Below, one piece after another: positions 10,074 through 19,137 of a stretch of DNA of 64,000 bases. The notes under the pieces are model-generated. The model was not told the origin of the DNA, did no database searches, and saw only the letters and a program-made list of their open reading frames with translations. This DNA comes from Candidatus Woesearchaeota archaeon (lineage in GTDB: Archaea; Nanobdellota; Nanobdellia; Woesearchaeales; JAGLXL01). How positions within the stretch are numbered: position 1 is the stretch's first letter; the number at the start of each line of letters is the position of its first letter. Location: positions 4,029 to 68,028 of the forward strand of contig DAOWKC010000002.1 in NCBI GenBank assembly GCA_030640025.1, read 5' to 3'. A program made the translations under genes and the position numbers.

Positions 10074-11229
10074 AGGCACACGGATGGAGCCCTTGACTTT
10101 AACTAGACCGAAAGTTCTTTTGAAAGTTGCTGGCAAGACGATGATTGAGCATAATCTAGAGCAGTTAGTTGGTTTGGTTAATGAAGTAATTATTGTTATT
10201 GGTTATAAGGGTGAGATGATTCGCCGGGAGATTGGTGATTCTTTTAAAGGTATTAAAGTTAAGTATGTTTGGCAACGAAATCAGAATGGTCCGGGCGGGG
10301 CGTTGATGTTGTGTGCTAAACAGTTGAAAGATAGATTTATTGTTTTAAATGGCGATGATTTTTATTCTAAAAAAGATATTAAAAAATGTTTGAAGTTTAA
10401 TTATTGTGTAATGGGAGCTAAGGTTAAATCACCAGAGAAATGGGGAATTTTTACTGTTCGAAATGGAAAAGTAGTTGATTTTATTGAAAAATCTCGGAGT
10501 GTTAAGTCAAGGTGGGCAAATGTGGGGATTTATGTTTTTGATACTAAGATTTTTAATTATAAGTTAAAAAAATCTAAAAGAAATGAATATGAAATAACTG
10601 ATTATGTTCTACATTTGATTAAGACTTCAGAAGTTAATTTTGAGAAAGTAAGTGGTTATTGGATGCCGATTGGCTATCCTTGGCATATTCTGGAAGCAAA
10701 TGAGTTTTTTTTGAAGAAAGTTAGAAGGAATGTTAAAGGCAAGATTGAGAAAGGTGCTCAAGTTAAGGGTGCGGTTGTTGTTGGCAAAGGAACTATTGTT
10801 CGAAGTGGTTCTTATATTGAAGGTCCAGCAGTGATTGGTTCTAATTGTAAAATTGGGCCGAACTGTTATATCCGTCCTTCAACGACTCTTGGTGATGATT
10901 GTAAGGTGGGCAATGCAGTTGAAGTTAAGAATTGTGTTTTGTTTGACGGAGTTTCTGTTGGGCATTTATCTTATATTGGTGATTCTGTGATTGGTTCTGG
11001 AGTTAATTTAGCTGGCGGGACAATTGTGGCTAATTTAAGGCATGACAATAAAAATGTCAAGATGATGATTCGGAAGAAATTAATTGATAGTGGTAGACGT
11101 AAATTAGGGACAATTATTGGTGATGGAGTTAAGACTGGAATTAATACCCAGATTTATCCTGGTAGGAAGTTGTGGCCTAAGGTTCAGACAGTGCCTAGTG
11201 AGATTGTGAAGAAGGACAAGGTTAAGTAA
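10045..11229 (+). CDS. glmU: bifunctional sugar-1-phosphate nucleotidyltransferase / acetyltransferase (archaeal GlmU-like)
   Basis: N-terminal NTP-transferase motif MQAVILAAGKGTRM, and a C-terminal left-handed beta-helix hexapeptide-repeat region (VGHLSYIGDSVIGSGVNLAGG...). Confidence 0.8.
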   Translation: MQAVILAAGKGTRMEPLTLTRPKVLLKVAGKTMIEHNLEQLVGLVNEVIIVIGYKGEMIRREIGDSFKGIKVKYVWQRNQNGPGGALMLCAKQLKDRFIVLNGDDFYSKKDIKKCLKFNYCVMGAKVKSPEKWGIFTVRNGKVVDFIEKSRSVKSRWANVGIYVFDTKIFNYKLKKSKRNEYEITDYVLHLIKTSEVNFEKVSGYWMPIGYPWHILEANEFFLKKVRRNVKGKIEKGAQVKGAVVVGKGTIVRSGSYIEGPAVIGSNCKIGPNCYIRPSTTLGDDCKVGNAVEVKNCVLFDGVSVGHLSYIGDSVIGSGVNLAGGTIVANLRHDNKNVKMMIRKKLIDSGRRKLGTIIGDGVKTGINTQIYPGRKLWPKVQTVPSEIVKKDKVK

Positions 11230-11272
11230 AATTTTTAAAGCAATCAAGTTTTAAGTTGCTTGTTGAGATGAA

Positions 11273-11587
11273 ATGACTCATACATATAATCCTTTACTAA
11301 AAGAAATTAAAAGAGCGATTGAAAAAGCTCAGGCAATTTATATAAGGGCTAAAGTTAAACACACATTCAATAAGCTTGCTTTTATGCAAAATCCAAGATT
11401 TTTTAGGTTGTTTATGGGCCAAGAATTGTTTGAAAGAGTTCAGAAAAAACGAAAAAAACTTTTGAATACATCTATTTCTGAAAGCGACAAAGAGTTGGCT
11501 GGTGCACGCTATTTCTTAGCAGAAGAATTAAGGAGTTTTGCTACAAAGTTAGAATTGGAGGCACAAGTTCTAGAAAAGAAAAAATGA
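11273..11587 (+). CDS. hypothetical protein (104 aa, basic/helical)
   Basis: Intact ORF with no recognisable motif. Confidence 0.35.
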   Translation: MTHTYNPLLKEIKRAIEKAQAIYIRAKVKHTFNKLAFMQNPRFFRLFMGQELFERVQKKRKKLLNTSISESDKELAGARYFLAEELRSFATKLELEAQVLEKKK

Positions 11588-11667
11588 AAACTAAATCCGA
11601 TTCTATCTTTTGTGAAGAAAGATAAAGTTAAGTAAAGTCAGTGAAAACAAGTTGCTCAAAATCAAGA

Positions 11668-11715
11668 TTTTGGCACCAACTATGTTGGTTTCTGGGGTTT
11701 GTTAGCACAAACCTT
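11668..11715 (+). repeat. double-hairpin repeat element, copy 1 (TTTTGGCACCAACTATGTTGGTTTCTGGGGTTTGTTAGCACAAACCTT)
   Basis: Near-identical to 26716..26763. It contains two hairpins, CCAAC-N3-GTTGG and GGGGTTTGT-N5-ACAAACC, and lies about 80 nt downstream of a + strand stop codon. Confidence 0.6.
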
Positions 11716-11816
11716 TTTAAATACTAATTGTTTCTTTTTATTTGAAAAATGAGGTTGAAAGTAAAGGATACAAAGAAACAAAGTTTCTTGTATCTTTCAC
11801 ACCGAGGTGGATGTAA

Positions 11817-13286
11817 ATGAGACTTCGTGTGAAAGATATGGACATAGCATCTGGTGGGATTCTAGTTGCAGTTGTTAATCAAAAGGATGCTGAAAAATTA
11901 GATTTACATCATGATGATCGTATTCGGTTAAAGAAAGGAAAAAGGCAATTAACTGCCAACATCAATATTTCTGAAAGTGAAAAAGCAGTGCCTGAAGGAA
12001 AGGTGGGTTTGTTTGAAGAAGTTTTGGATAAGTTAAAGGTAGAACATGATGATACAATTGACGTTGATTTAACTGCCAAACCAAAATCAGTTTCGTATAT
12101 TCGAGATAAATTACATGGTAAGGAGTTGGGTTATAAGGAATTATACCGGATTGTAGATGATATTGTTCATGATCGCTTGACAGCAATTGAAAAAACTTAT
12201 TTTGTAGCTGCTGGATTTGCAGAAGGTTTTACCATCAAAGAAATTGTTTCTTTAACCAAGGCGATGGTAGATACTGGAATCAAATTAAATTTTAGAAGCA
12301 AGGCTTATGACAAGCATTCGATTGGTGGAGTAGCTGGTAATAGGACGACGATGTTAGTTGTGCCAATATGTGCAGCTGCTGGTTTGAAATTTCCAAAAAC
12401 ATCTTCCAGGTCAATAACTTCTCCGGCTGGAACAGCTGATACAATGGAGACTCTCTGTAAAGTCAGCTTGAATGCAAAAAGAATGAAAGAAGTTATTCAT
12501 AAAACTGGAGCTTGTATTATTTGGGGAGGAGCAATTAATCTAGCGCCAGCTGATGACAAAATTATTCATGTGGAATCACCATTATCTATTGATGCTGAAG
12601 GGCAATTATTGGCTTCGGTCATGGCCAAAAAAGCTTCGGTTGGTGCTGATCGGGTTTTGATTGATATTCCTAAAGGCAAATCAGCTAAGGTAAAGACACA
12701 GCAAAATGCGGTTCATCTAAAGGAGATGTTTGAATTGTTGGGTAAGGAAATGGATATGGAAGTTGAAGTGATTATTACAGATGGCAACCAGCCGATTGGA
12801 AAGGGCATTGGACCTTTTTTAGAGGCTCGTGATGTGATGTGGATTTTAGAGAATGATAAACAAGGACCAGCTGATTTAAAGGATAAATCTTTGATGATGT
12901 CGGGAATACTTTTGGGAATGGCTGGTCATAAGAATGGTTATGTAATGGCTAAGAAGATTTTAGAAAGCGGGAAAGCGCTGAAGAAGATGAAAGAAATTAT
13001 TAAAGCACAAGGTGCAGTTAAGAAAAAATGTGTTTTATGCAAACTACATCATGATGTTAAAGCTCGTAAAAGTGGTTTAATTAATGAGATTAATAATGGA
13101 GCAATTTCTAAAGTGGCTAGAATTGCTGGGGCACCAAGTGACAAAGAAGCTGGTGTTTATCTGCATAAGAAAGCTGGGCAACGGGTTAAGAAAGGAGATG
13201 TTCTGTATACAATTTATTCTAAGAGCAAGTTTAAGTTGGGAATGGCTAAGAAGCTGGATAAAGAGATGAAGCCTTATTCTATTTGA
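11817..13286 (+). CDS. deoA: AMP phosphorylase / thymidine phosphorylase family (archaeal DeoA-type with N-terminal extension)
   Basis: 489 aa. The glycosyltransferase family 3 core (SIGGVAGNRTT, TSSRSITSPAGTADT) carries the N-terminal extra domain typical of archaeal AMP phosphorylases. Confidence 0.8.
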   Translation: MRLRVKDMDIASGGILVAVVNQKDAEKLDLHHDDRIRLKKGKRQLTANINISESEKAVPEGKVGLFEEVLDKLKVEHDDTIDVDLTAKPKSVSYIRDKLHGKELGYKELYRIVDDIVHDRLTAIEKTYFVAAGFAEGFTIKEIVSLTKAMVDTGIKLNFRSKAYDKHSIGGVAGNRTTMLVVPICAAAGLKFPKTSSRSITSPAGTADTMETLCKVSLNAKRMKEVIHKTGACIIWGGAINLAPADDKIIHVESPLSIDAEGQLLASVMAKKASVGADRVLIDIPKGKSAKVKTQQNAVHLKEMFELLGKEMDMEVEVIITDGNQPIGKGIGPFLEARDVMWILENDKQGPADLKDKSLMMSGILLGMAGHKNGYVMAKKILESGKALKKMKEIIKAQGAVKKKCVLCKLHHDVKARKSGLINEINNGAISKVARIAGAPSDKEAGVYLHKKAGQRVKKGDVLYTIYSKSKFKLGMAKKLDKEMKPYSI

Positions 13287-14592
13287 TTTTTTTGACAATG
13301 CCTTTTTCTGCATCGACTTCAATTAAATCTCCATCTTTGAAGATTCTTGAAGCAATTTTAGTTCCGATGATGCAAGGTTTTTGCATTTCCCTGGCAATGA
13401 TAGCGGCATGGCAAGTGATGCCACCTTCATCTGTAACAAAAGCAGCGGCTCTGTCCAGGGCAACAGTCATTTCAGGGGTGGTCATAGAGGTGACGAGGAC
13501 TGAGCCGGGTTTGACTTTATTTAAATCTTCAATTTGTTTGACTAAAACAACTGGACCTTGAACTTTGCCGATAAAAGCTGCTCGGCCTTGGACTTGGTTG
13601 ATAGCGGTGTCTACTTGAAGATATTTTTCAATCATTTCTTGATTTTCTTTGCCAATGAGAACTTTTGGTTGATTTCCGAGGGCAGTGTAAATAGCATGTC
13701 CTTTTTTTCTTTTCTCGATAATGTCTGGACGGGGAAAGTCTTGGTTAATAATTTCTTGATAAGTGCAATAAAGGAAATCATCGTAAGTAAAGCCGTGTTG
13801 ATGGGCTTCTTGAGCAATTAAATTCCAAGCTAAGAAAATGGCTTGGTTAAGGATATCTGTTCTTTGAGTTCGGTAATAGATAAAGAATTGCATCAAGTCG
13901 ATTAAAAAAGCATTTTCTTGGAGTAATTGTTTTGCTTCTTCGGTAGCTTTTTTGATTTTTTGTTTTTCTTCGTGATATTCTTTTAAGTAGTTTTTTTTGA
14001 TTAATTCTTTTTTGAATTCTTCTGCGTCTTTAAGAGTATATTCAACAACTTGGCCGTATCTTGATTTAATCCAAGCAAATTCTTTAAGATGCGTTTGGAG
14101 GTCGTCTTTTAATAGGTTTAGTTTTTCTAGTTTGTAAAAATTGTCTTCTAGAGGAATGGCCAACTCTTCCATAATTTTGTTGACATTTTCCTTGGAAGTT
14201 TTTTGGGCTAAAAGAGAACGGATTTTTTCTTCTATTAAATCGTCAATGATGAAATAAATCACGATGGTGATAACGTGTTTTTTATAAGCAGAGCAAAAAG
14301 TATGGAAATCAGTTTTAACTGCTTGGATCAAAAGTTTCTCGTTTTTCAAAGATTCAGCTTTAAGTTTTTCAAAGGCTGCTTGGTTGTTAAAAAGATGTTG
14401 AGCTAGTTTCTGAGCAAAATCTTTCATATGAGATTCTGGGTAAAACCAGCAATGGTCTACTTTGAGAGCGCCGTCCATGGTGTATTCGAAGTCCAAATAA
14501 GGAAGCCAAAGTTTCTTATCTAACCAAGCCTCATGCATTAAAGAAGAAAAAAGAGGCGGATAAGGCCTCCTAACAGTTTTTATCCACTTCAT
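13279..14592 (-). CDS. PEP-utilizing enzyme mobile (phospho-histidine swivel) domain protein with an uncharacterised N-terminal region
   Basis: The C-terminus GSVLVTSMTTPEMTVALDRAAAFVTDEGGITCHAAIIAREMQKPCIIG is the PEP synthase / PPDK phospho-His swivel domain. The N-terminal 330 aa match no ATP-grasp or PEP-binding barrel. Confidence 0.6.
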   Translation of the reverse strand: MKWIKTVRRPYPPLFSSLMHEAWLDKKLWLPYLDFEYTMDGALKVDHCWFYPESHMKDFAQKLAQHLFNNQAAFEKLKAESLKNEKLLIQAVKTDFHTFCSAYKKHVITIVIYFIIDDLIEEKIRSLLAQKTSKENVNKIMEELAIPLEDNFYKLEKLNLLKDDLQTHLKEFAWIKSRYGQVVEYTLKDAEEFKKELIKKNYLKEYHEEKQKIKKATEEAKQLLQENAFLIDLMQFFIYYRTQRTDILNQAIFLAWNLIAQEAHQHGFTYDDFLYCTYQEIINQDFPRPDIIEKRKKGHAIYTALGNQPKVLIGKENQEMIEKYLQVDTAINQVQGRAAFIGKVQGPVVLVKQIEDLNKVKPGSVLVTSMTTPEMTVALDRAAAFVTDEGGITCHAAIIAREMQKPCIIGTKIASRIFKDGDLIEVDAEKGIVKKIK

Positions 14593-14594
14593 TT

Positions 14595-15314
14595 TTAAGC
14601 CTCGGCTTTTTGTTCTCCAGTTGGTTTATTGTCTTTTTGAAGAGTGTCATCAGCAACTTGATGGTAATTGTTGATGATATGGTAGCCGTCTTTTGGACCT
14701 AGTTCCTTGGCTTTTCTGTCAATAAAGTAGACTTTTCCAGCACCTGCCTCAACAGCTGCCTGGGCTTCTTTGACATCATCTGTGACGTAAACCATGTTAG
14801 AGGCATCAATGTTTTCTTGTTGAGCAATTTCTTTGTAAGCCTTAGTTTTGAATTTACTGCCGATTTCTGGTTGAGATGAAGAATAGTAATTATCAACTAA
14901 GCGGTCTAAACCATTGCTTTCCATTCCTAATTTAGTTGTTTCAACAGCGCCGCTTGAATAAATAGCAATTTTACCACCAGAATCATGGATTCTTTCTAAA
15001 GCGCCCTCAACATCATCTTCTAAGGACATGGCAAATTCGCCAGTTCGATAAGCAATTTGAGCGCCAATATCCCAGACCTTAAGGTATTCTTTAAATTCAG
15101 GATGATCTTTTTGGCCTTTTTTGTTTCTTTCTAGGCCTTTGTTGATAACATCTTCAATATTTTCTTGGCCGGTTTTTTGACTGATTTGTTCTTGAACTTG
15201 TTTGTTAGCTAAAATATAATCAGTGACTTTGGTGATTTCACTTTTAGGGGTAGTTGTGCCCATAACGTCTGTTAAGTATAATTCATAAACAGCTTGTTCT
15301 TGGATTGGATTCAT
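14595..15314 (-). CDS. mtnC: enolase-phosphatase E1-like HAD hydrolase (MtnC family)
   Basis: DVMGTTTP (the DIEGTTT motif of E1) and KIAIYSSGAVETTKL (compare the E1 IYSSGSVEAQKL), then a ..VTDDVKEA.AA motif IV. Confidence 0.7.
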   Translation of the reverse strand: MNPIQEQAVYELYLTDVMGTTTPKSEITKVTDYILANKQVQEQISQKTGQENIEDVINKGLERNKKGQKDHPEFKEYLKVWDIGAQIAYRTGEFAMSLEDDVEGALERIHDSGGKIAIYSSGAVETTKLGMESNGLDRLVDNYYSSSQPEIGSKFKTKAYKEIAQQENIDASNMVYVTDDVKEAQAAVEAGAGKVYFIDRKAKELGPKDGYHIINNYHQVADDTLQKDNKPTGEQKAEA

Positions 15315-15493
15315 TTTGATTCTCCGCCTCTTTTGAGCCTGAGGTATTGGCTTTAATCACGATATAGTAGTAATAGATGAAAGAGTATTTAAATATTTGT
15401 TCTCCATTAATGGATACTAACTTTGCTGTATTTTAGCTTAAAATTTTATTTTTTAGATAAAATTTAAATATAATACTCCATTAGTGGATTATA

Positions 15494-16222
15494 ATGGACA
15501 CATCTGTCTTAGAGGAATTGGGCTTTACAAATGCTGAAATTAAAGTTTATTTAGCTTTGCTGGAATTAGGCAGTTCGACTGCCGGGCCAGTGATTGAGAA
15601 GACTGGTTTGCAGAATTCTGTAGTACATATGACCTTACATAAATTAGTTGAAAAGGGTTTTGTTTCTTTTGTGAAAAAGGGAAAAGTTCGCCATTATCAG
15701 GCTGCTGATCCAAGAAATATAATCAGATTTATTGAAGAAAAAAGGGAAAGATATGAAAAATTGCTGCCAGAATTGCTGGTGAGGCAGAAAAAACAAGAAA
15801 AACAAGAAGCAGAAATCTTTGAAGGTTTTAAAGGTTTTAAAACAATGCAGTATGAAGCAGTGAGAGATGCTAAGCCAGGAGATGAATATTTGTTTTTTTC
15901 TTTTAAGACTAAAAATCCAAAAGATTTTGCTTATGTTTACAAGTTCTATCAAGATTTTGAAAAATACAGAAGGAGGAGAGGGATAGTTGTCAGAGGCATA
16001 ATTTCTCCAGATCCTGATATTTTGGAAATGCTAAAGGGAAGAGATCCTCGAGGTTTATTAGTAGTTGATATTCCTACGCCACAAAATGTTTCGGTGATTA
16101 ATGATAAAGTGTTGATGACACCTTGGGAAGAAAAGAAAATTTCTTTTTTGATACATTCTCGTCAATTAGCAGAAACTTTTAGAACATATTTTTATTCTAT
16201 TTGGGATAAGTATAAGAAGTGA
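15494..16222 (+). CDS. TrmB family transcriptional regulator
   Basis: N-terminal LGFTNAEIKVYLALLELGSSTAGPVIEKTGLQNSVVHMTLHKLVEKGFV is a TrmB-type wHTH. The C-terminal domain is typical of the family. Confidence 0.75.
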   Translation: MDTSVLEELGFTNAEIKVYLALLELGSSTAGPVIEKTGLQNSVVHMTLHKLVEKGFVSFVKKGKVRHYQAADPRNIIRFIEEKRERYEKLLPELLVRQKKQEKQEAEIFEGFKGFKTMQYEAVRDAKPGDEYLFFSFKTKNPKDFAYVYKFYQDFEKYRRRRGIVVRGIISPDPDILEMLKGRDPRGLLVVDIPTPQNVSVINDKVLMTPWEEKKISFLIHSRQLAETFRTYFYSIWDKYKK

Positions 16223-16957
16223 TTACTTTAGAACTTTTCTGGTGATGATTATAAATCCTGTATGTCCAAGCATTTGAAAGTCTGGTCTGACTATTTTGTT
16301 ATTAATGATCCAGTTTCGTTGGATGTTTTCTAGGGTTTTGAGGTAGAAAAGTTTTTTTGAAGATTTAATTTGTTCTACGAATTGAGTGACTTGGGTGATG
16401 GTTGGTAAGTAAGTTATTAGGAAAGCTCCTGGTTTTAATGATTTTTCTGCGTGTTTGATGACATGCCATGGTTCTGGTAAATCTAGAGTGATAAGGTCAA
16501 GATTTTTTTCAGTGATGCCCTTGGTGATATCTTTGTTTTTGATTGTCAGATTTTTTAATTCGAAAAGTTTTTGGTTTTCTTTGATGATTTTGATGAAATC
16601 TTTTCTGATTTCATAGCAATAAACTTTTTTGGCTATGTTGGCTAGGAAGCATGAGAGGGAGCCGGAGCCACCACCGGCGTCTAGGACGACTGAGTTTTTG
16701 TTGATGCCAGTTTCAGTGATGATAGTGCCAATGTCTTTGGGTGTGATGATTTGCGGACCACGCTTTATTTTTTTGAATTTGTCTGTGAAAGAGGGTTCTA
16801 AGATATACATCTCTGTTTTTTTATTGGTTTTGATGATGGTGTTTGATTTTTTTAAATCTGATTTTTTGATAAAGCCGAATTTAGTGTGATAGTCCTGGTC
16901 TAAGTTTTTGACAAAGAATTCTTGGCCAGTTTTGGTTAAAAGTATTTTTTGGATCAT
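16223..16957 (-). CDS. trmI: tRNA (adenine-N1)-methyltransferase TrmI/Gcd14 family
   Basis: SAM-binding VLDAGGGSGSLSCFLA motif, about 244 aa, with the overall TrmI layout. Confidence 0.7.
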   Translation of the reverse strand: MIQKILLTKTGQEFFVKNLDQDYHTKFGFIKKSDLKKSNTIIKTNKKTEMYILEPSFTDKFKKIKRGPQIITPKDIGTIITETGINKNSVVLDAGGGSGSLSCFLANIAKKVYCYEIRKDFIKIIKENQKLFELKNLTIKNKDITKGITEKNLDLITLDLPEPWHVIKHAEKSLKPGAFLITYLPTITQVTQFVEQIKSSKKLFYLKTLENIQRNWIINNKIVRPDFQMLGHTGFIIITRKVLK

Positions 16958-17739
16958 TTTTCAATCAGTCTGATTATGGGTTTGTAGACGATAACGACAG
17001 CAATAACTGAAATTAAATAAGATAAAATCGTTCCCATAATTAAACCTAACGGTGGATAAAGGAAGTAAACTAAAATCCCATATAAAACTATGCCTAAAGT
17101 GCCGATAGGCATGGTTTTGCCAACAGCACTGGAAAAATCTGCTTTGTGCAGGATTGATAAGGTGATGAAGGTTGATAAAAAGATAGCTGGGAAAACAGAG
17201 AAAACTCCTCCCCACAAAGGCCCTAAGATTTTGCTTAAGAGGACAGATAATAAGACAACAAAACCAGTTAAAATTATTTTTAGACTAAGACTAAAGTAAG
17301 AAAACTTAAATGTTATTTTCTTTGATTTAATGTTTCTTAAGAAGAATAAAACCAAAATCCAAACAAATACAAAGATGATGCTGAATAGAAACATATAACT
17401 AACATTATAGATGGCTAAGGGCAAAGCTAGGATAAACCAAACTGCTAAGGAAATAATAGGAGCCAAAATTCTATTAAATTTAAGTAACTGCGCGTAGATT
17501 AAAACAAAGATAATGCTGACGATTTCGATGACCGGGACTATGGTTGAGGCTTCAACTGAAGCGTTAATTCCCTGACTCCAGCCGATGAAAAAAAGGCTGA
17601 TGACAATAGTTGAAGGTAAGCCCGTGATTAAGCCACCAATTTTAGAACCAAATTTTTCAGCAATAGTTGTGGAAAGAGCTACGTATAAGCCACCGACTAT
17701 AAAGGATAGAATTAATTTGAAGATGAATGGGTCTATCAT
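16954..17739 (-). CDS. polytopic membrane protein (unknown function)
   Basis: About 8 predicted TM helices. Start trimmed to the Met MIDPFIF so that it does not overlap tRNA-Cys. Confidence 0.5.
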   Translation of the reverse strand: MIDPFIFKLILSFIVGGLYVALSTTIAEKFGSKIGGLITGLPSTIVISLFFIGWSQGINASVEASTIVPVIEIVSIIFVLIYAQLLKFNRILAPIISLAVWFILALPLAIYNVSYMFLFSIIFVFVWILVLFFLRNIKSKKITFKFSYFSLSLKIILTGFVVLLSVLLSKILGPLWGGVFSVFPAIFLSTFITLSILHKADFSSAVGKTMPIGTLGIVLYGILVYFLYPPLGLIMGTILSYLISVIAVVIVYKPIIRLIEK

Positions 17740-17752
17740 TTTTGGGAAAAAA

Positions 17753-17867
17753 AGCACGGGATGGGATTCGAACCCATGAATAACCGGGATCTGCATATCA
17801 CAGCCCAAAAGCTCAACATCCCAGATTGATTGCAGCCGGTCCCTTTAGACCACTTAGGCACCCGTGC
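17753..17867 (-). tRNA. tRNA-Cys(GCA) with a 41-nt intron at the canonical 37/38 position
   Basis: Reverse-complement features: acceptor GCACGGG/CCCGUGC, anticodon stem ACCGG/CCGGU, loop CUGCAA[intron]C (anticodon GCA), T-arm AUGGGUUCGAAUCCCAU, discriminator U. Confidence 0.75.
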
Positions 17868-17876
17868 TTGAAAAAC

Positions 17877-18013
17877 GGACCCGAGGGGACTGTCAAGCTG
17901 GCGCTTTCGGTCGTTGTCGACCTTGTCGCCAACTATTTGAACCCCCGATCTACAGCTTAGAAGGCTTTAGCGGGATTTTTCCTGTCGCCTTATCCAGACT
18001 AGGCTACGGGTCC
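17877..18013 (-). tRNA. tRNA-Arg(TCT) interrupted by two non-canonical introns (about 17 nt in the anticodon stem near 30/31, about 46 nt in the T-loop near 59/60)
   Basis: The reverse complement starts GGACCCGUAGCCUAGUCUGGAUAAGGC and ends GGGGGUUCAAAU[46 nt]CCCCUCGGGUCC. Removing GAAAAAUCCCGCUAAAG gives anticodon arm ACAGC-CUUCUAA-GCUGU (anticodon UCU). The spliced length is 74 nt with a perfect cloverleaf. Confidence 0.6.
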
Positions 18014-18057
18014 TTAACGAGAAAAAATTAGAATGCAGTTTAAATATGTTTCGGGAA

Positions 18058-19137
18058 TTAAGGCAGCCAAGTCTTTTGATTCTTTAGTTTTTGGGGGAGA
18101 TATTTTTCAATAACATAATTTAATCCCCATTTTGCCAAGGCTTGTTGTTCTGCACGGACTTTCATTCCTACTAACTGCTTTATTGCTCTCTGCCATTCTT
18201 TATGGTACTGTACAAAAGGATCGTTTTTAACTGCATCTTTTGCCCTTTTTATATCAACATCCTTTAAAGTATGGGTTGGGAGCTTATAATCAACAATGTC
18301 TTGAGGCGTTATACCTATAAATTTAGCTCTTGGAACACAAAAATATTGATTAATATGGGCTGCCCTCCCTGAACCAACTTTTAAAGTCCTGTAGATATTA
18401 AAATATCCATATGGATCACCGTCAGTAAAAACATAAACAGGTAATTTCTTAGCATCTGATAATCTTCTAATAAACCTTCTTAATGCTCTTGTTGGAACTC
18501 CACCCATGGAAACTAAAATGCAATTAGCTTTTTTCCAGTATTTGTGTTTGACTAATCTTTGAAACATACCAGCTGTTTCAATAGCTAAGATAAATTTAGC
18601 ATTGGTTTCAAATTTAAGGTGTTCAACTGAACTGGGAATAGAATAAGCGCCAGAGCCGAATTTGGTACAATCAATCCTGATTTCTTTTTTGGTGTCCGGA
18701 TCCTGATCAATCACAATTAATTTCCCGGCAACCTCACCGCCTTTCTCTTCAGGAATAAAGCCTAATTGTTCCCGGTTGACCATCATCATCCCTTCTACAT
18801 CATCCATGATGCCATCCGATTCCGGCTGTTCCTTAAACCGAGCCTCTCCCCAGTTCTTACTTACATAATAAGCTTCTCTCTTGGTAGCCATGTCATCTTT
18901 TTCAATTAAGTCCTTAGATAAAGCCATCATTTTCAGAGTCTGGGCAAAAGTCTTCACCATAGAAGCAGTTAAAGCCCGAACCTTCATCTTTCCAAGTAAT
19001 TCAAAATAGCCGTCTTTAGGATCATATTTGACATTGCTCAGGCTTCTAAGAGGCATCTTAAGTTCAGGCTGTTTTTTCTTTAGGATAGTCTTGTAGACTT
19101 TTTCTCCAATTTCCTTGATTTTTTTTCCGACATTCAT
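18058..19137 (-). CDS. top6A: DNA topoisomerase VI subunit A (Spo11-like)
   Basis: Toprim motif FTDGDPYG, the catalytic Tyr region, and 359 aa. Confidence 0.85.
   Translation of the reverse strand: MNVGKKIKEIGEKVYKTILKKKQPELKMPLRSLSNVKYDPKDGYFELLGKMKVRALTASMVKTFAQTLKMMALSKDLIEKDDMATKREAYYVSKNWGEARFKEQPESDGIMDDVEGMMMVNREQLGFIPEEKGGEVAGKLIVIDQDPDTKKEIRIDCTKFGSGAYSIPSSVEHLKFETNAKFILAIETAGMFQRLVKHKYWKKANCILVSMGGVPTRALRRFIRRLSDAKKLPVYVFTDGDPYGYFNIYRTLKVGSGRAAHINQYFCVPRAKFIGITPQDIVDYKLPTHTLKDVDIKRAKDAVKNDPFVQYHKEWQRAIKQLVGMKVRAEQQALAKWGLNYVIEKYLPQKLKNQKTWLP

Noticed and set aside
13084-13561. Small ORFs 13084..13269, 13077..13322 and 13283..13561
   Set aside because: They lie inside or antisense to the deoA and PEP-utilizing genes, and have no independent support.
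17740-17808. Longer start (17808) for the membrane protein ORF
   Set aside because: It would overlap tRNA-Cys on the same strand. The internal Met at 17739 avoids the overlap.
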